A stretch of 9,286 nucleotides of DNA, taken from positions 1-9,286 of the forward strand of contig JBLWGC010000057.1 in NCBI GenBank assembly GCA_048772705.1, written 5' to 3'. Numbering within the stretch: position 1 is the stretch's first letter; each line of letters begins with the position of its first letter. The translations under genes were made by a program, and so were the position numbers. The notes under the pieces are model-generated. The model was not told where the DNA came from, searched no databases, and saw nothing but the letters and a program-made list of their open reading frames with translations. Origin of the DNA: Leidyana gryllorum EB-2025a. Its lineage: Eukaryota; Protista; Apicomplexa. Positions 6,128 to 9,286 of the stretch are shown piece by piece.

Positions 6128-6200
6128 GGGCGACTAGCTCAAATGGTAGAGCGCTCGCTTAGCATGCGGGAGGTACTGGGATCGATGCCCAGGTCGTCCA
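6128..6200 (+). tRNA. tRNA-Ala-AGC: tRNA-Ala(AGC)
   Basis: GGGCGACTAGCTCAAATGGTAGAGCG CTCGC TT AGC AT GCGGG AGGTACTGGGATCGATGCCCAGGTCGTCCA; G3-U70. Confidence 0.95.
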
Positions 6201-6294
6201 AACTTCGTACGACGGCACCTGCCGGTATTTAGCCACGAGTTACGACCCACGAAGGGTGCCCTGTAGCCCTTGGATAGACTTTGGCATCGCAATA

Positions 6295-6373
6295 TGGTCC
6301 AGGCTGCCGTAGACCGCGGACCTGCGACTTGGTATTTAACAATCACACGCTTTGCCCACTGCGCTACAAGAGC
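6295..6373 (-). pseudogene. tRNA-Asn pseudogene
   Basis: Revcomp GCTCTTGTAGCGCAGTGGGCAAAGCGTGTGATTGTTAAATACCAAGTCGCAGGTCC...CTGGACCA; aligns to Asn 2991 with many lesions. Confidence 0.7.
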
Positions 6374-6464
6374 CAGTTGAATATCTGGAGGTTAGTAGAA
6401 AAACCCGTTTTGCATGTGTGGGGAGGCTCCGGTCCGGATGGCTCAATCAACTCTTGAACAAGGG

Positions 6465-6536
6465 CTGATTCGGGTGTAGTGGTTAGTACTGGAGACTTTG
6501 AATCTCCCGACTTGGGTTCGATTGCCTTCGCGACCT
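6465..6536 (+). pseudogene. tRNA-Gln(TTG) pseudogene
   Basis: GTGTAGTGGTTAGTACT GGAGA CT TTG AA TCTCC CGACTTGGGTTCGATTGCCTTCGCGACCT; 5' acceptor strand lost. Confidence 0.78.
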
Positions 6537-6598
6537 TGGAACTAGTCCTCACTACTTCGTAAAACCTCGCCATTGCTTTGGTCTGCGGGAACAGCCGT

Positions 6599-6671
6599 GC
6601 AGCCATGGTCTAGTGGTTACGACGTCTGCTTCACACGCAGAAGGTCCCGAGTCCGATCCTCGGTGGCAGCT
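6599..6671 (+). tRNA. tRNA-Val-CAC: tRNA-Val(CAC), degenerate (T-loop TCC, 3' deletion)
   Basis: Identical to 5069 up to the T-arm; GTCCGATC and loss of TGT in the 3' acceptor strand. Confidence 0.8.
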
Positions 6672-6723
6672 CGCAACTTTCAGCGGCAACCACAGGAGAC
6701 AATCTTCAGCGGAACCAACTGTG

Positions 6724-6795
6724 CTCCGAGACCGGGAATGGAAGCCGGGTCTTCCGCGTGACAGGCGGAAATACTAACCACTATACTATCTCGGA
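6724..6795 (-). tRNA. tRNA-Asp-GTC: tRNA-Asp(GTC), damaged B-box
   Basis: Revcomp TCCGAGATAGTATAGTGGTTAGTATT TCCGC CT GTC AC GCGGA AGACCCGGCTTCCATTCCCGGTCTCGGAG. Confidence 0.8.
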
Positions 6796-7072
6796 CGCTC
6801 TGTACAAGCCGGCCTCCAACCCCACACACCTTCCTTTTTGTTATGCGGACCCGTCGCATGTGTTGGTTCCGAATCTCACCCTTGTCGGTAGCATTCGCGG
6901 AGAGCGTGGTTCAATGATTGTCCGACTCAAATAGAACGCTCTACGCTGGGCGCTATATACAGGAGCCAATTAATTATTTCAGCGGTCAGTAGAGAGACTC
7001 GTGTTGCGTGTGTTCATTTGAGAAAGGGCTAGTCCGGATAGTTCTACCGACTCTTCTGGGATGGGCTGAAGC

Positions 7073-7143
7073 GGTTGCGTGGTGAGTGGTTAGCACTGGA
7101 GACTCTGAATCTCCCGACCTGGGTTCGATTTCCGGCGCGACTT
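7073..7143 (+). tRNA. tRNA-Gln-CTG: tRNA-Gln(CTG), 1-nt D-arm deletion
   Basis: GGTTGCGTGGTGAGTGGTTAGCACT GGAGA CT CTG AA TCTCC CGAC CTGGG TTCGATT TCCGG CGCGACT T. Confidence 0.85.
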
Positions 7144-7207
7144 TGGAACTGGTCTTCACTGCTCCGTAAAACTTGGCCACTCCTCTTGGGCTGCGGGGCC
7201 CATTCAT

Positions 7208-7281
7208 GCAGTCAACGGTTTAGTGGTTACGACGTCTGCTCAACACCCAAAAGGTCCCGAGTTCGGTCCTCGGTGGCTGTA
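7208..7281 (+). pseudogene. tRNA-Val(AAC) pseudogene
   Basis: GCAGTCAACGGTTTAGTGGTTACGACG TCTGC TC AAC AC CCAAA AGGTCCCGAGTTCGGTCCTCGGTGGCTGTA; anticodon stem broken. Confidence 0.78.
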
Positions 7282-7336
7282 GCTCGCGACGTTCAGCGAG
7301 AACTAAAAGAGAGAATCTTCAGCGAAGCCATCTGTG

Positions 7337-7408
7337 CCCCGAGACCGGGAATCGAACCAGGGTATCCCGCGTGACAGGCGGAAATACTGACCACTATACT
7401 ATCTCGGG
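7337..7408 (-). tRNA. tRNA-Asp-GTC: tRNA-Asp(GTC), C1-G72 variant
   Basis: Revcomp CCCGAGATAGTATAGTGGTCAGTATT TCCGC CT GTC AC GCGGG ATAC CCTGG TTCGATT CCCGG TCTCGGG G; one T-stem mismatch. Confidence 0.85.
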
Positions 7409-7503
7409 CGGTAGTAAACTCGCCGGCCTCCAACCCCAGAAGTCCTCGCATTTTGAGATTTCACCGAGAGGAAATGGGTGGAACGGCGAGCCAAGAACAC
7501 TCC

Positions 7504-7544
7504 GGCAAGATGGCCGAGTGCTGTGTGCAAGCCGCCGTCCGAAA
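7504..7544 (+). pseudogene. truncated tRNA-Leu remnant
   Basis: GGCAAGATGGCCGAGTG-CTGTGTGCAAGCCGCCGTCCGAAA; same upstream flank as Leu 5360; internal deletion and no T-arm. Confidence 0.75.
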
Positions 7545-7585
7545 TGCGGGCAGAGGATCGCAACCATGTTTAGGCTAATGACTGA

Positions 7586-7656
7586 AGCCTCCTGCCGGAA
7601 TCAAACAGCGACCTTTCGCTTACAAAGCGAATGCTCTGCCCCTAAGTTAAGGAGGC
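7586..7656 (-). pseudogene. tRNA-Thr(TGT), damaged T-arm
   Basis: Revcomp GCCTCCTTAACTTAGGGGCAGAGCA TTCGC TT TGT AA GCGAA AGGTCGCTGTTTGATTCCGGCAGGAGGCT. Confidence 0.8.
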
Positions 7657-7720
7657 ATTCCCTGTCTCGACCCATATGAGTTTTTGATGCTGGGAATTGC
7701 ATCATTTCCACCACATCGCA

Positions 7721-7802
7721 CGACAACTGCTGGATTTGAACCAGCGCGGGCCAGGCCCAGTAGATTTCTAGTCTACCCCCTTAACCACTCGGGCAAGTTG
7801 CC
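7721..7802 (-). tRNA. tRNA-Ser-AGA: tRNA-Ser(AGA)
   Basis: Exact reverse complement of 4347-4428. Confidence 0.96.
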
Positions 7803-7871
7803 ACCTGTTCAACTCGGCATTTTGCGGCCAGTGGCTCCACATACGGTTCAGCAAGTTTGACTAGGACTCTC

Positions 7872-7912
7872 CACCATTGAGTCTTGCGCTCTAGCGACGG
7901 AGCTGGCGCGGC
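7872..7912 (-). pseudogene. tRNA-Lys 5' half remnant
   Basis: Revcomp GCCGCGCCAGCTCCGTCGCTAGAGCGCAAGACTC..GGTG; paralogous position to Lys 4213. Confidence 0.7.
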
Positions 7913-8012
7913 AGGGAAGCTCGGACTTGGTAACAAGTTCCTTTCGTATTAGTCGCAGAATGTTGTGGTTTCCTCGCGTGCGGGGCGACTCTTTAGCAGA
8001 GATCCCCTCACT

Positions 8013-8086
8013 TGGTCACGCCCGGGCTCGAACCGAGGACCTTGAGCTTATTAGGCTCACGATCTAACCGACTGAGCTACGCGACC
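8013..8086 (-). tRNA. tRNA-Ile-AAT: tRNA-Ile(AAT), D-stem mismatch
   Basis: Revcomp equals 4548-4621 except GAGC to GATC (D-stem) and CCCGG to CTCGG (T-stem). Confidence 0.88.
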
Positions 8087-8159
8087 ACTTCTGCAACGAC
8101 AGATGGCACCGACCCGGATGCTGGATCCCCCAGAGCTGGAATCAAACATCAGAGCCATT

Positions 8160-8227
8160 TAGACACTGGCGGACAGCACCCAATTTTCTAAGCAGGAGTC
8201 AGACGCGCTACGTTCCGCCATAGGCCC
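8160..8227 (-). pseudogene. tRNA-Trp-derived pseudogene
   Basis: Revcomp GGGCCTATGGCGGAACGTAGCGCG TCTGA CT CCT GC TTAGA AAATTGGGTG resembles the eukaryotic Trp TGGCGCAACGGTAGCGCGTCTGACTCCAGATCAGAAGGTTGCGTG; 3' end decayed, boundary approximate. Confidence 0.65.
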
Positions 8228-8295
8228 AAAAACATCCCCCGCTCCAGACTCATTGCCTTGTGGTTCAACATCTCCGATCGTTCCAAACCATCTTC

Positions 8296-8367
8296 AGGCC
8301 ACGCGCGGAGTTAAACCACGGACTTGCTGATCTGCAGTCAGCTGCTCTACCACTGAGCTACGTACCC
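8296..8367 (-). tRNA. tRNA-Cys-GCA: tRNA-Cys(GCA), degenerate (possible pseudogene)
   Basis: Revcomp GGGTACGTAGCTCAGTGGTAGAGCA GCTGA CT GCA GA TCAGC AAGTC CGTGG TTTAACT CCGCG CGTGGCC T; U73; C56 to T and an acceptor mismatch. Confidence 0.82.
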
Positions 8368-8463
8368 ACAAACTACCCGTCATACTCGCTCAACTCGATT
8401 CTGTCTTCTCTTCTGAAGCAAAACGGCCGGTATTGTGCACGAGCTTAAACAACAACGAGTTGT

Positions 8464-8534
8464 GCATCTGTGGTCTTGTGGTAGAATGTGTCGTTGCCAC
8501 CGAGACGACCCAGGTTCGATTCCCGACAGACGCA
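8464..8534 (+). pseudogene. tRNA-Gly(GCC), degenerate copy
   Basis: GCATCTGTGGTCTTGTGGTAGAATG TGTCG TT GCC AC CGAGA CGACCCAGGTTCGATTCCCGACAGACGCA; about 6 substitutions vs 4878 breaking stems. Confidence 0.8.
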
Positions 8535-8678
8535 GGAGGCACGCCTCAAACCGCCGTGGCAAATTAGCAGAGACGCTGACAAGCTTGGTCGGCACGAGGC
8601 CGGGGCATTCTGACACTTGATGTAACAACCCCCTGAGATAGAATCGAATGTGAGTTACGCGGTGGAACGGCGGTGATC

Positions 8679-8752
8679 GCTCCCCTAGCTCAGCTGGTTA
8701 GAGCATCGGCCTTATTTGCCGAAGGTCGAGGGTTCGATCCCCCCGGGGAGCA
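8679..8752 (+). tRNA. tRNA-Ile-TAT: tRNA-Ile(TAT), intronless
   Basis: GCTCCCC/GGGGAGC, TCGGC CT TAT TT GCCGA, GAGGG TTCGATC CCCCC; T37 and an A-C T-stem mismatch are atypical. Confidence 0.85.
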
Positions 8753-8839
8753 AATCAACCCAATGACAGCCGAACGCGACCGCCGAGTAGTCCAGCATTT
8801 GACACCTATGAGTGCCGTAGCTGGGCAGGCCGACCAGGG

Positions 8840-8870
8840 GGCTGTTTGGTCTGAAGGTATGATTTCTCCT
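8840..8870 (+). pseudogene. tRNA-Pro 5' fragment
   Basis: GGCTGTTTGGTCTGAAGGTATGATTTCTCCT, then switches to the Asn upstream flank. Confidence 0.65.
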
Positions 8871-8893
8871 CGCTCAAAAGAACATTGCAACTG

Positions 8894-8966
8894 GGTCTTG
8901 TAGCTCAGTCGGCAAAGCGTGTAGCTGTTCACCACAAAGTCGCAGTTTCGAAGCCTGGCAGTACCG
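8894..8966 (+). pseudogene. tRNA-Asn(GTT), degenerate copy
   Basis: GGTCTTGTAGCTCAGTCGGCAAAGCG TGTAG CT GTT CA CCACA AAGTCGCAGTTTCGAAGCCTGGCAGTACCG; mismatches in all four stems. Confidence 0.8.
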
Positions 8967-9042
8967 GGAGCTGCGATGTCAAACTCTCTCTCAGAGGTCG
9001 CAACTCTGTATCTAACCACGGCAGGTGCCGGCCTACTGAGTT

Positions 9043-9115
9043 TGGACAACCTGGGTATCGATCCCAGTACCTCTCGCATGCAAAGCGAGCGCTCTACCAT
9101 CTGAGCTAGTCGCCC
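9043..9115 (-). tRNA. tRNA-Ala-TGC: tRNA-Ala(TGC)
   Basis: Revcomp GGGCGACTAGCTCAGATGGTAGAGCG CTCGC TT TGC AT GCGAG AGGTACTGGGATCGATACCCAGGTTGTCCA. Confidence 0.94.
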
Positions 9116-9203
9116 GTTGCGCAGACCCCATCGCATGTGTTGGTTCTCAACATAGTATAACCACCCTCTCAACTGTACTCAGCGGTTTGCACGACCGACA
9201 GGC

Positions 9204-9275
9204 GGCTGTTTGGTCTAGTGGTATGATCTTTCCTTAGGGTGGAAGGAGTCCTGGGTTCGATTCCCAGAACAGCCC
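9204..9275 (+). tRNA. tRNA-Pro-AGG: tRNA-Pro(AGG)
   Basis: GGCTGTT/AACAGCC, TTTCC TT AGG GT GGAAG, CTGGG TTCGATT CCCAG. Confidence 0.94.
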
Positions 9276-9286
9276 GTCTGATAGTT

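Larger units (their letters stand above)
5567..6220. repeat. inverted copy of 62-714; its Pro-Ala(-Asn) end is also repeated inverted at ~8880-9276
   Basis: Shared spacers including GGCAGGTGCCG and TGCGATG(C/T)CAAA between Asn and Ala. Confidence 0.9.
6345..7544 (+). repeat. diverged tandem duplication (~600 bp period) of an Asn-Gln-Val-Asp-Leu module; third partial copy at ~5066-5410
   Basis: Shared spacers TTGGAACT(A/G)GTC(C/T)TCACT, AATCTTCAGCG, GCCGGCCTCCAACCCCA, CATTTTGAGATT. Confidence 0.88.

Noticed and set aside
145-9172. All ORFs in the six-frame track (61-160 aa), including recurring peptides such as NHTTRPNSRL and GIEPGSSRWQR
   Set aside because: They are translations through tRNA genes and duplicated spacers. 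Similarity between ORFs reflects DNA-level duplication, with unconserved starts and stops and no recognisable protein family.
1-9286. Suppressor or recoding tRNAs (TTA, CTA, TCA anticodons; Sec or Pyl)
   Set aside because: No loop has these triplets in register. The TCA in psiPro 1439 and the TTA in Ile 8679 are off-register by stem pairing; Gln copies are TTG and CTG.
1-9286. Bacterial, phage or organellar tRNA array, or tRNA-derived SINEs
   Set aside because: I34-type anticodons, eukaryotic iMet and a 37/38 intron point to eukaryotic nuclear-type genes. Copies lack SINE bodies, A-tails and target-site duplications and were duplicated together with their flanks.

Overview
No credible protein-coding gene. 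The whole window is a dense eukaryotic-type tRNA gene array: about 58 tRNA genes, pseudogenes and fragments in 9.3 kb, on both strands. It covers 18 amino acids plus initiator Met; Phe is not seen and His is at most a doubtful remnant. Eukaryotic origin is indicated by absent encoded CCA ends, A34 (inosine) anticodons for Ala/Thr/Pro/Ser/Ile, an initiator Met with A1-U72 and an ATCG T-loop, and an intron-containing Tyr(GTA). The array is a mosaic of 300-700 bp multi-tRNA modules duplicated in direct and inverted orientation and reshuffled, often with junctions in or next to tRNA genes. About 18 copies look clean; 14 lie in a central, non-redundant block (2797-6200) while their outer paralogues are decaying. 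Notable points: repeated synonymous wobble-base differences between paralogues with shared flanks, a 7-nt Tyr intron, near-absence of oligo-dT Pol III terminators, and a 68-bp micro-inversion. The organism cannot be determined from the sequence alone. All calls were folded by eye.
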